64,000 nucleotides of DNA, taken from IMG/VR virus record IMGVR_UViG_3300025133_000019, one strand, 5' to 3'. The position numbers were made by a program, and so were the translations under genes. This DNA comes from a virus. Lineage: Duplodnaviria > Heunggongvirae > Uroviricota > Caudoviricetes. Numbering within the stretch: position 1 is the first letter of the stretch; every line of letters begins with the position of its first letter. The notes below the pieces were generated by a model. The model worked only from the letters and a program-made list of their open reading frames with translations. It ran no database searches and was not told the DNA's origin. Positions 9,846-18,590 of the stretch are shown piece after piece.

Positions 9846-10405
9846 TACTTCTCCTCCAGAATAAGATCCAATGGACTGTCTTCCGTAAATACCGCATACC
9901 CTTTTTCATCCCAAAGCATTCCTATTGTTTTAAGGGGTGATTTCTTGGTAACAATAAGGCCCGAGATATTCATAGAAGCTTGGGTTTCCGTATCCCTTGT
10001 TAAATGCGTAACCCTTTTCCCAGAACGGGTTACATAATTTTTAGTAAGATCTAATGTATATCTAACATTATTCTTAGCAGCCCAAGCAACTAACTTATCT
10101 TCTTCGATTTCAGCGTATAAATGTAAGCTCCCTCTATTCTTATGGAGAAGTGCTAATTCATGATACCTACTTGAAAAATTGTATAGTTCTCGGAATCTCT
10201 TTATATAATCAGCTTCAGTAGGATTTTTATTTTTTCTATAAAGAAACTTAGAAATATAGGCACCTAAAACCGTAGGTCGAAGAGGGATATCTGTAGCTCT
10301 TTTGATTTGATCAGGTGTAAGAAGTTCTTCTAAATCAAATTCAAATGGTAGTTGCTCTACTATTTTTCCTGGGACATGCTTAATTGATAATCTAACTAGT
10401 AACAT
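9845..10405 (-). CDS. Hypothetical phage protein
   Basis: C-terminal YVTRSGKRV...WDEKG...PLDL pattern seen in phage proteins; AAGGA SD. Confidence 0.7.
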   Translation of the reverse strand: MLLVRLSIKHVPGKIVEQLPFEFDLEELLTPDQIKRATDIPLRPTVLGAYISKFLYRKNKNPTEADYIKRFRELYNFSSRYHELALLHKNRGSLHLYAEIEEDKLVAWAAKNNVRYTLDLTKNYVTRSGKRVTHLTRDTETQASMNISGLIVTKKSPLKTIGMLWDEKGYAVFTEDSPLDLILEEK

Positions 10406-10426
10406 AAATAATTCCTTTCTATAAAG

Positions 10427-10499
10427 TAGGGGAGGAGAGGATCGAACTCTCGACCTGCCGATTATGAGTCGGATGCTCTAACCGCTGAGCTACTCCCCT
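10427..10499 (-). tRNA. tRNA with CAU anticodon, probably tRNA-Ile2 (lysidine); CCA not encoded
   Basis: AGGGGAG/CTCCCCT acceptor stem, TAGCTCAG..GGTTAGAGC D arm, CCGA-CTCATAA-TCGG anticodon arm, GAGAG-TTCGATC-CTCTC T arm; discriminator A then CTT; TATAAT just upstream. Elongator Met not excluded. Confidence 0.9.
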
Positions 10500-10511
10500 G
10501 TATTCATTATA

Positions 10512-10748
10512 CTAAATTTCTGTGGAATGAGTAAGGAGTATGGTGTACCCATCACTCTCAAATAGACTTTCGTTCAAATAGAACTCCCTTAAATCTTCTC
10601 TTTCAAATGTTCCTGGAAAACTTTCTTCAATAAACTATAGAAATAGTTTCTCAGCTTTTTCGTTGTTCTCAGGATTGTCCTCGAAGGAAGCCATTTGAAG
10701 AACTGTTGATTCTGGATCTAATAAAATAACATTAACTGTGCTGATCAT
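10512..10748 (-). pseudogene. Gene interrupted by in-frame TAG (10635-10637), related to 13707-13934
   Basis: MISTVNVILLDPE...KAEKLFL*FIEESF...; AAGGAG SD; frame stays open past the TAG. Confidence 0.55.
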
Positions 10749-10750
10749 CT

Positions 10751-11572
10751 TTATCTCCTTAACTCAGGAAAATGGTTTTTCCTGCTTATTGTTCCGCATC
10801 CCGTGCAAGCTGCACAAGCTTTTATTTTTTGGTCGGCCCCGTAAACATTGCATTGCCTGCTACCTGCATTAACGTGTAACTCGTTAAGCGCATCAAGTCT
10901 TGCTCGAAATGTTCTTTGCATTCCCAGTGCGGAAGGCGTGAATTGATCGGTTCCCTTTAGTTTAGAGAACTGCCTTCCTTTTCTGAGATGAATAAATTCA
11001 TCATGAAATACATCGGTTTGACTAAATAACTCTGGATCTTTTTGCTTAAACCATTCCAGGTCTTCTAGATTCGAGTACGTGTAAGCAACGCTAAATTTTA
11101 AATTTTGGTGCTCAGAAAAAAACTTTTTAAACTTGGGATACAGTTGTCTAGTAAATCCTAAGCTTAATTCAGTGGCCTCTCCTACTTCCTCGATCAACTC
11201 AGGCGCTAACAACCAAAGAGTCTTAGAAATAATAATATGTCTGGTAACTAAATTTCTAACCAAATATAAGAACTCTTCTTTAAACTCAGGGATATAATCA
11301 GCAAAACTAAAGCCCCGCACTAACACAGGACCCCCCGTGCTCATGGCGTTTAAAATCTTGACTTCTTGTTCAATCTTGTTTATGTAGCCAGAAATATTTT
11401 GCAACTTAGTTTTTAAACCCCCACCTTGGTGAGAATTAAGCTTCATTGCTGAGTAACATTTCTCGACCCCGCAGACAGCACGGTATTTTCCTTCAACTTC
11501 TTTCATTAAAGGACAAATCCCGAAATCATAACTAAACCCGGTTTTTACATTGGAACTAAAAAATCTAAACAT
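10751..11572 (-). CDS. GP88-like Cys-rich phage protein
   Basis: SNVKTG..DFGICP...C...CYSAMK N-terminus; C-terminal CAACTGC. Confidence 0.6.
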   Translation of the reverse strand: MFRFFSSNVKTGFSYDFGICPLMKEVEGKYRAVCGVEKCYSAMKLNSHQGGGLKTKLQNISGYINKIEQEVKILNAMSTGGPVLVRGFSFADYIPEFKEEFLYLVRNLVTRHIIISKTLWLLAPELIEEVGEATELSLGFTRQLYPKFKKFFSEHQNLKFSVAYTYSNLEDLEWFKQKDPELFSQTDVFHDEFIHLRKGRQFSKLKGTDQFTPSALGMQRTFRARLDALNELHVNAGSRQCNVYGADQKIKACAACTGCGTISRKNHFPELRR

Positions 11573-11679
11573 ATGTCTCCTTTCATAGCTAATAGCCCGG
11601 ATAACAGGTCAAGTGGGAATAATTAAGTGAGCATAAAAAAAGGACCAACTATTTTGTTGGCCCTTAAAAACTTCGGTTA

Positions 11680-12273
11680 TTAGTCGTCTGGGTCTAGAGA
11701 CTTTATTTTATCCAAGAACTCTTGGTCACTTGGAATATATTCCATCAAATCAAAGCTTGTTAAGAAAGTAACGCTGTCATAATTCATATCATCGTTTTTG
11801 TCTTTTAAGCTTGTGTATCTACCTACCGCAGTATTTCCTCGACTAAATCCTCTATAAACTTCTAGTTCTCCGGTATTAAGATTTATGATATAAGCATACT
11901 CACAAAACAAACCGTCACCCAAAAAGTCAAATCCATTGGTCATAATTTTATGCTCAAGGACTTTTTCTAGGCCACCCTGAAAATCACGAAGTAGCCAATA
12001 CCAGTTGTTATCTCCATTGGTATTAGGATTCCCTCCTAATTGAACTTCTAAGCTCTCTAATTCTTCTTGGCTAGGTATGTCTTGAGCGTCTACTAATAAA
12101 ATCTGAGGAAAAATTTCTCTCATCTTTTTAATAGAAAATTTTCTACACCCCTCAAGAACATTAACTCCTAAGTAATCGGGATAAGAATCAAAGTGATTGT
12201 ACATCACTTTATGGTTTTTTCTTAAACTACTGCCCTCACCATAATAAAAACCTGCTGCGCCTCTGGCTCCCAT
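11680..12273 (-). CDS. Conserved phage hypothetical protein (MG.RG...YNHFDSYP family)
   Basis: Motifs MGARG, YNHFDSYPDYLG, FCEYAYIINL. Confidence 0.75.
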   Translation of the reverse strand: MGARGAAGFYYGEGSSLRKNHKVMYNHFDSYPDYLGVNVLEGCRKFSIKKMREIFPQILLVDAQDIPSQEELESLEVQLGGNPNTNGDNNWYWLLRDFQGGLEKVLEHKIMTNGFDFLGDGLFCEYAYIINLNTGELEVYRGFSRGNTAVGRYTSLKDKNDDMNYDSVTFLTSFDLMEYIPSDQEFLDKIKSLDPDD

Positions 12274-12274
12274 A

Positions 12275-12571
12275 TTAATATCTCGTTTTGTTCATGCTCT
12301 CCGGGAGGACAGCGTCAATCTCAAGCCCCATTTCCTCAGAATTCATGAGGAAATTTTCGATTGAATCAATAATTTCATCTCGTAAACTCCAGTTCACATA
12401 AATTACAAACGGAGTTTCTTTACCAGAATGCTGTCCTACTACCGTAATAGTAGCAACTCCTGCTTTCGGGTTTTTGTTATGTTGAGTCACCTTGACTAAC
12501 ACGTTATCCCCTTCTTGAAACGTGATAAGATGGGGCTGATTTTTCCAGTCTTGAATTTTAATTGCTAACAT
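12275..12571 (-). CDS. Hypothetical protein
   Basis: AGGAG SD. Confidence 0.7.
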   Translation of the reverse strand: MLAIKIQDWKNQPHLITFQEGDNVLVKVTQHNKNPKAGVATITVVGQHSGKETPFVIYVNWSLRDEIIDSIENFLMNSEEMGLEIDAVLPESMNKTRY

Positions 12572-12610
12572 TATTCTCCTAAGTTATTGTTAAGTTATTC
12601 TATTCTATAC

Positions 12611-13000
12611 CTAAAGATTCGTGCTGTCAATACAAACTGATTCAACTACTCGTAATGATTCTCCTCCCATTTCATATCTTAACATAGAAACACTGTACAA
12701 TCTATCTCCGTCATGTACAGTTGGGTCCAGTGTACATAGCACGTCTCCGTGCTCAGGAATATCCATATCTTCGACTTCATCCCCATCCAGAAAACAATAT
12801 GTGCTGAATTCTAAGTCCCCTCCGGCATCAATTGCTAGTTCACAAGCTTCTTTCTCGCTTCTAGTTTGAACTAGTTGTGTCGCAGATCCAATATAAATTC
12901 TATCCATTACAAGTCTCCTCATATCCGGCATTATCAAACAGCCCGTTAGTTTTCCAGTCGCCCCCATAGAATCCCCAACAAGAGCTTTGTACCTCTTCAT
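12611..13000 (-). CDS. Hypothetical acidic protein (true start probably near 12907)
   Basis: AGGAG before MDRIYIG. Confidence 0.6.
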   Translation of the reverse strand: MKRYKALVGDSMGATGKLTGCLIMPDMRRLVMDRIYIGSATQLVQTRSEKEACELAIDAGGDLEFSTYCFLDGDEVEDMDIPEHGDVLCTLDPTVHDGDRLYSVSMLRYEMGGESLRVVESVCIDSTNL

Positions 13001-13472
13001 CGGTATTCACAACCTCAAATCCGTAAACTTGACCGCTAGCCCATTGAGAATAAAGCTCGATTTCCTTAGCTAAACTAGCTTCTAACTTTTTCTTTCTTTT
13101 TGCTGTTACCCTTTTCCAGCCCCAAGATTGTCTGACCTCATCTTGGGTTGCGACAATAAATCCTACTTGTCCGCTATCCCAAGGACAACTGAATCCGGTT
13201 GTGTTATAGATAACTCCAGAATGTTCATATTTATAAACCGGAAGAATGGCCTTGACATTGTTCTCTTTTACTAACGCCTCTTCCAATTCGTCCCAAGAAT
13301 TGTAGTCTCGTGGATGAACACAAGAATCTAGCTCATTAACATTTACTCCGTGTTTATCCGTTAAAAACAGTTTGCCGGTATTGCTCCAGTCTCTGGGATT
13401 CTCAGGATCAAAATCATGCAGAATGTTTAGTGTTAAATTATTAGGCATCTTAAATGACTCGATTGCATCCAT
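12900..13472 (-). CDS. Conserved phage hypothetical protein
   Basis: ENPRDWSN, LPVYKYEHSG, CPWDSGQVGFI, SCWGFYG motifs. Confidence 0.8.
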   Translation of the reverse strand: MDAIESFKMPNNLTLNILHDFDPENPRDWSNTGKLFLTDKHGVNVNELDSCVHPRDYNSWDELEEALVKENNVKAILPVYKYEHSGVIYNTTGFSCPWDSGQVGFIVATQDEVRQSWGWKRVTAKRKKKLEASLAKEIELYSQWASGQVYGFEVVNTDEEVQSSCWGFYGGDWKTNGLFDNAGYEETCNG

Positions 13473-13690
13473 TACTCTAGCTCCTTTGATTTTTGGTATG
13501 CTTGGTGACACTTGGGATGCCACAAGCCTTTGTAGGCCATTATATGGCCCTTACAAGTATCTATATCCTTACTACACCACACGCATTTCGCTATCGGATT
13601 GATAACAAAGTGTTCTGAGTCTATTCTAACAGTTACTATTACAGGTTTCTTTTTAAAAAAATTTTTAATATAATTCCACATATCACTCAC
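13472..13690 (-). CDS. Small protein with a single CxxC...HxxC finger
   Basis: CVWC...WHPKC. Confidence 0.55.
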   Translation of the reverse strand: MSDMWNYIKNFFKKKPVIVTVRIDSEHFVINPIAKCVWCSKDIDTCKGHIMAYKGLWHPKCHQAYQKSKELE

Positions 13691-13706
13691 AGGTTCTGTT
13701 CAACTC

Positions 13707-13934
13707 TCATCTCGAACTCATCCAATACATGGTCCCTCTACAATCAGAATGATACTCGCTAAGAAGAGCTGCTTCGTAGTCTTCGTTATCAAGGTCCTTG
13801 TCGTCTAAAAGCTCTTTGAATCTATCCTGAGATTCTTGAAACCCTTCGTCATTAGCTGCAAATGTTTCAAAGACTTCTATTAGTCCGTCTTTATCCAGGT
13901 ATAAAACTGTGTATACATCAATTTGTTCTGTCAT
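13707..13934 (-). CDS. Hypothetical acidic protein
   Basis: AAGGA SD. Confidence 0.7.
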   Translation of the reverse strand: MTEQIDVYTVLYLDKDGLIEVFETFAANDEGFQESQDRFKELLDDKDLDNEDYEAALLSEYHSDCRGTMYWMSSR

Positions 13935-13945
13935 TACAATCCTTT

Positions 13946-14272
13946 CTAAACATGACCGCCTGCTTTTACTGTATCATAAATCGCACTTAACTTTCTAGGG
14001 CTAAAATGTCTGTCCCTTTCCAATCTCCATCCTAACGCTTCCTTAAGTTCTGTTATACTCACATAACCTATTTCAGCGAATTGATAATCATTATTCAAAC
14101 GAACAAACGCCATGGCTTCCTCGGTTTCGGGGTTGTAAGCATAGATATACCATGTACTACCTCCCATACAATCAAACAACTTGACATACACAATACTTTC
14201 TTCCATGTCATATTCGGCGGTTTCCTCTATTCTAGGAAGTTTTCTCAGTAACGCTTGAGTAAATAAAATCAT
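13946..14272 (-). CDS. DUF2958-family protein
   Basis: VKLFDCMGGSTWY...AEIGYVSITEL...LERDRHF; AGGAG before ATG 14272. Confidence 0.8.
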   Translation of the reverse strand: MILFTQALLRKLPRIEETAEYDMEESIVYVKLFDCMGGSTWYIYAYNPETEEAMAFVRLNNDYQFAEIGYVSITELKEALGWRLERDRHFSPRKLSAIYDTVKAGGHV

Positions 14273-14273
14273 G

Positions 14274-14567
14274 TTAACTCCTTTTTGTAAATAAGTAAGA
14301 GATAAGGGAATCTGAGATTCCGTAACAAACTTCATCCTGTAAAAATGATTTAAAGTAAATAACGCAGAGATCGTTGGCCATAGTGTTTCCTTCGGACGGC
14401 TTAGAAGCATATCCAACTAGGCTTTCCAGCTTCCTAAGCGCCTTCAGACTTACATTCCTAATTAGAGTTTGTCTAGTTATTATAACTCGTTTCTCAGTAA
14501 GTTCTTGCACTACTTTAGCAGGCAGCGCAAGAGTATTGGTTGTATAAAACATTTCTTTTTTGCTCAT
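14274..14567 (-). CDS. Hypothetical protein, paralog of 30273-30500
   Basis: Shared GY......G.TMA.D.CV.Y motif. Confidence 0.7.
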   Translation of the reverse strand: MSKKEMFYTTNTLALPAKVVQELTEKRVIITRQTLIRNVSLKALRKLESLVGYASKPSEGNTMANDLCVIYFKSFLQDEVCYGISDSLISYLFTKRS

Positions 14568-14775
14568 ATTATCCCGCCTTCATACCTAGAATACATAAAT
14601 AATCTCCTTCCGTATTCATGTATAGTAACCAAGATATCAGGTCAGGTGAGAAAAATGAAGTGAACTCAAAACTTTTTTTGTAACCCAGGAATCCTCAGTT
14701 TAATTCATAGAATAAGGTTACTCCACCACGAGTTCTATAAAGAAATAAAAAAAGCTGGATTTCTCCAGCTCAGCT

Positions 14776-15315
14776 TTATAGGATGTCCCGCATACTAACT
14801 CCTTTCGTTTCAAGAGCTTTGTTCCAGCCGTTTTGAGTTCCTATGGTTCTGGTGTTTTCATACAAACCAAGAGATTCTTCTAGCTTAGTCAAACGCTGTC
14901 TCTCATCTTTTAAATCAGAGTTCAGCATCATCTGTTCGGTTCTATGAAGAACAGGTTTATTTTTTCTTGTTCTATAACTCATCACTTTGTAAGTATTATT
15001 ACTGTAGTCTCTTAGTTTAGAAGAGAGTAGATATGGGTGAGGGTTTGTCAAAAAGCCTTCGTAATATAAAATAGAAACAACAAACTTCTTTCTACTAAAT
15101 TTTATAACCACACTACCCGAATAGTCTCGGCCCCCTTGCATATAAATAAAGAAATTTAAATCTCTAGCAAACTCTTCGGGAAAGCTTTGTTCCACGCTTC
15201 TCCACAAATTGTAGTGAAGATACACAGCATCAGGAAGAACCTTTCCGGTTTTATTTTTCGCAAGTTTCTTCACAGCCTCTTTAAAACTAGAGCTATGTTT
15301 TTTCAGTCCGTTCAT
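14776..15315 (-). CDS. Stand-alone domain resembling the repeated non-catalytic domain of DNA-phosphorothioation-associated putative methyltransferases
   Basis: GKVLPDAVYLH, YEGFLTNPHPYL, NKPVLHRTE, LTKLEESLGLYENTRTIGTQNGW; no methyltransferase core. Confidence 0.7.
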   Translation of the reverse strand: MNGLKKHSSSFKEAVKKLAKNKTGKVLPDAVYLHYNLWRSVEQSFPEEFARDLNFFIYMQGGRDYSGSVVIKFSRKKFVVSILYYEGFLTNPHPYLLSSKLRDYSNNTYKVMSYRTRKNKPVLHRTEQMMLNSDLKDERQRLTKLEESLGLYENTRTIGTQNGWNKALETKGVSMRDIL

Positions 15316-15629
15316 ATCTTGATATCCAGTTCTACTAGATTAGCCCAATCTAACACAACTCCATTAGAGTTACAGAAGAATACTTTAGCCTCTGCACCTA
15401 GAATTATTATTCTATCATAATAAGCTAAGCTACCCGAGATATGGCAGTAATCCTTAAGAGTATTTAAATCTCCTTGGATTTCCTGTATGAATTGGAGTGC
15501 GGAATCTCTGCTGCCCAAGTGGATATGAGAAACATCTTCGGAATCTGCTAATCTGAGTAAATAGTTTTGGTCGCTGTCTTCTCCGGTTATTGGGGTAGAT
15601 GTAACTAAGTCAATATAAAGGTCTGACAT
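15312..15629 (-). CDS. Hypothetical protein
   Basis: AAGGAG SD; ATGA overlap. Confidence 0.7.
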   Translation of the reverse strand: MSDLYIDLVTSTPITGEDSDQNYLLRLADSEDVSHIHLGSRDSALQFIQEIQGDLNTLKDYCHISGSLAYYDRIIILGAEAKVFFCNSNGVVLDWANLVELDIKI

Positions 15630-15637
15630 AACTCTCC

Positions 15638-15997
15638 TTATTCAAATATAAATCCTGAGTTCCAATTCACAGAATTCAGCCTTATTACACCGGCTTTAAG
15701 GATGCTGTGATTGCTGGTTCCACTGTAACTAAAATTTATTTCTTGGTTTATAAGATTAACACTCACAACTTTTACCAACTCTTTACTTAGACTTCCGAAT
15801 AACGCTGGCATCACAAGAGTGATAACAGATCCGACAGCCGGGATAAAAGGCCAGTGACCAGGACACGGTAAAAGAGTCTCGGTTGCAGTGGAATCGCTCC
15901 CTAGTGGTACGGCATCTGGGTAAGGTATTCCTAGAGGGTCCAGGTCTGTAGTGTAGTATTCCTTACCCTCATAATCACTTATCGGTTTTTTTGCCAT
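15638..15997 (-). CDS. HWPF-domain protein (family also at 41963-42540 and 43741-44859)
   Basis: HWPFIPAVGSVI...NWNSGFIFE. Confidence 0.7.
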   Translation of the reverse strand: MAKKPISDYEGKEYYTTDLDPLGIPYPDAVPLGSDSTATETLLPCPGHWPFIPAVGSVITLVMPALFGSLSKELVKVVSVNLINQEINFSYSGTSNHSILKAGVIRLNSVNWNSGFIFE

Positions 15998-16006
15998 AAT
16001 TTCTCC

Positions 16007-16141
16007 TTAGTAATCTTGGGTATTAATTTTTTTGTCCTTACGACTGTAAGCTTTTTTGTTTTTGTGGACCCGTGTCCCAGTATTGAAAGGAACTAGGACA
16101 CGGGCACGTTTAGTTTTTTTATTTTTAGACTTGGTTTTCAC
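16007..16141 (-). CDS. 44-aa basic ArfA/BrfA-like peptide (not in the ORF track)
   Basis: MKTKSKNKKTKRARVLVPFNTGTRVHKNKKAYSRKDKKINTQDY; AGGAGG SD; own promoter. Confidence 0.65.
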   Translation of the reverse strand: MKTKSKNKKTKRARVLVPFNTGTRVHKNKKAYSRKDKKINTQDY

Positions 16142-16167
16142 GGTTCCTCCTAATTAATTATAACTAC

Positions 16168-16195
16168 ATTATATAAAACTATTCTTATCTGTCAA
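16168..16195 (-). promoter_or_regulatory. Canonical sigma70 promoter
   Basis: TTGACA-N16-TATAAT. Confidence 0.75.
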
Positions 16196-16209
16196 TACTT
16201 CCGTTGTAC

Positions 16210-16853
16210 TTACTCTTCGTCTTGGTTAACTCCAAACATCACTTCGAGTTCCTCATCTAGTAAACTAGCAATTTTAAGTAACTCTTTTCCTGGAGTTTCA
16301 TCCTCGGTTTCGTGGTCTGTACCTTCATCCAAGATTAATTGTATCATATCCGAGAATTCCAGGTCAGCTAACCATTCCGAGGTATATTTCATTCTCAGCG
16401 GTTCAACAGATTCCCAAAATATATTACTACTAAAGTGTGACATATTATCCGCTCTGTTAAGATCATCAAGAGAAATTTCTGTCAATTCATGAGGTAATGC
16501 TTCAAGCTCACTTCCCGCTTGATTAATAGTAGCAATCACTTCTGGATGATCTGCGTTAACAACAAGATATACTCCAGAGCTAATTCCATCGTCAGGATCG
16601 TTAAACCAAACTATATCCCCGTTGCGATGGGAATGAAAGTCTCAAGATCCTCAAAGAATCCTGGGTCATAACTAATTTCAATTAATTCGTCCGCAGCATC
16701 AATATCGCTTAGCTATTTTGAGCTTACTTTTTCCATAGACCCGGCTATTAAGGAGCCAAGTATATCTTCTTGTAATTGGACTAAATCATCGGGGTCGTAA
16801 TCAGGGGCATCTGTAATAACTGTTACAGAAAATTGAATTTTCTTAAAACTCAC
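16210..16853 (-). pseudogene. Disrupted gene (TAG at 16713-16715; one-base deletion in the C4 run at 16617-16620)
   Basis: Repair gives MSFKKIQF...FIPIATGDIVWFNDPDDGISSGVY...GSELEALPHEL. Confidence 0.6.
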
Positions 16854-17125
16854 TGGTTCTCCTTAATTAATAATGTTACAGAATCGTTTCCCACATAAAA
16901 CTCTTTAACTTCTACTCCCTCAAAAGACTGGGTAATAGCTTCCCGTAATTCTTGGAAATGATTAGAGCAAGTGTCTAGATCATATACATAAACTTCCTCG
17001 GAATCCGGGGTCATATACAAATGGGCTACTAAAGCCTGTCTAACTCTTTCTAGGTCATTTTGGATGTCCTTTTGTAACCACTCCAAAACTTCGGTCCTCA
17101 GTTCTTCAAGTGTTGTCTTTTTCAT
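16850..17125 (-). CDS. Hypothetical protein
   Basis: AGGAGG SD after promoter A. Confidence 0.7.
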   Translation of the reverse strand: MKKTTLEELRTEVLEWLQKDIQNDLERVRQALVAHLYMTPDSEEVYVYDLDTCSNHFQELREAITQSFEGVEVKEFYVGNDSVTLLIKENQ

Positions 17126-17263
17126 GTTGCCTCCTTTATATAAGTAATAACCGAAATATCAAGTCAAGTTGGAATAAATAAGTGAAAGCGGATATTTCTA
17201 CCCGCTTTTTGTTTACAGTTCTTTTTCTAGCTCAGAGGACTGTTTCTCTAAGTTCTAGATCCA

Positions 17264-17830
17264 TTAGGCCCTCACTTTTCTCCATGCTAACTGGAGAGCG
17301 TTACCCATCTGCAATCCGTACTCCCTACGAATCTCCCATGCCAACTGCATTACAAATGACAGGTTAGGTTTAGGATTTTCAATCAGCTTTCCGTCTTCAA
17401 TGATTTTGACACCATTAATTTCCAGGAAACTGAGAGTACTTTGCTTGACGCTCCTGTACTGAGGAGTTAGTTTTACAAAACCTTTCTCGTCAGTCTCAGT
17501 AACTTTCAGGCGTGTTGAATCTACAATAGTAAGATAAGGCAACTTAGTTTTCTTGTTTTCCCCGACTCTAACTAATTTGCCTTCATGAATTTTGAGATCG
17601 GAACCCGTATATAAGACTCCGTCGTCATGACTGTAATCTTGAGCCGTTCTTTCCTGACGGTATCGAACTGCCACAATCCTCATTTTTTGAGCAATTCCTT
17701 CTAAAAGAACAGGCTCTTTGGTTGTTCGGTTGCGTCCATTTTTATCGGTCTTCACAACTTCGACCAGTTTATCTTCTGGGCAACCAACTTTAAAATCATT
17801 TCCTAGGCTTGCTAAAATCTGTGGAATCAT
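17264..17830 (-). CDS. Phage protein with C-terminal M..AWEI...AL.LAW helical motif
   Basis: VMQLAWEIRREYGLQMGNALQLAW. Confidence 0.75.
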   Translation of the reverse strand: MIPQILASLGNDFKVGCPEDKLVEVVKTDKNGRNRTTKEPVLLEGIAQKMRIVAVRYRQERTAQDYSHDDGVLYTGSDLKIHEGKLVRVGENKKTKLPYLTIVDSTRLKVTETDEKGFVKLTPQYRSVKQSTLSFLEINGVKIIEDGKLIENPKPNLSFVMQLAWEIRREYGLQMGNALQLAWRKVRA

Positions 17831-17917
17831 CGTGCTATCCTTTGGTTAAGTTAATGTTTCTCTCATAACTAATAACCGAGATATCCGGTCAAGTGAGAAG
17901 AATTAAGTGAGTTAAAT

Positions 17918-18133
17918 TTAATTTATACTTTTAGGCATTTCGTCTTCTTCTTCTTGAACAGCCGAACCAAAAGTCTCTACCGCTATTTTCAACATGCCCG
18001 GTGTATAGTCAATCTCACATGTCGGGTGAAGATCTAGAAACAGTTCGTAGTGGTCATACTCAAAATTCAAAAGCCTTTTATCTAATTCCGCTTGTAATTC
18101 GTGATAAACGCTTAGCGTGTCTGTAATAATCAT
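17918..18133 (-). CDS. Hypothetical protein
   Basis: ATGA overlap. Confidence 0.6.
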   Translation of the reverse strand: MIITDTLSVYHELQAELDKRLLNFEYDHYELFLDLHPTCEIDYTPGMLKIAVETFGSAVQEEEDEMPKSIN

Positions 18134-18363
18134 TCTTCCAGTATCATTCCCTTTAAAGCATTCATTAACATCACGGCATTATAAGGATTTTGGGAAATCT
18201 TCTCTTGAACGAATACCTGAAAAGATTCGTTATCTAAATCCAGTATATCCGCAGCCCCCCATTTTCCTTCCGGGTTTTCTGTAGTCACGCATAACGCTCT
18301 AACATAAATTCCTGATTCTCGGTTAGCCGAATTGGTATCTAAGTTTCTTGTTTTAAGTTCCAT
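18130..18363 (-). CDS. Hypothetical protein
   Basis: AGGAG SD. Confidence 0.7.
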   Translation of the reverse strand: MELKTRNLDTNSANRESGIYVRALCVTTENPEGKWGAADILDLDNESFQVFVQEKISQNPYNAVMLMNALKGMILEE

Positions 18364-18364
18364 G

Positions 18365-18590
18365 TCTCTCCTATGTACACTGTACTCTATAGTGATTGTT
18401 ACTTTCTTCGGTTAAAGTTTATGAAAACATTTTGACTTCCTTTTTAAAGTTTATCCTACCCAGACCTTTATTGTAGTACGAATACTACTAACTGTCAATA
18501 GGTTGCTCCCAAGTTCTTTGTTCCCAGGAGCTTGAAGTTTAAAAAGGCTTTACTAATCACAAGGCAAAGCTTTAAAGTTCTCTGTTCTTG
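18365..18590 (-). ncRNA. Candidate structured RNA or long 5' leader downstream of promoter A
   Basis: Nested stems including GUAGUA-UUCG-UACUAC and long-range CUUUUUAAA/UUUAAAAAG; no ORF of note. Confidence 0.55.
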
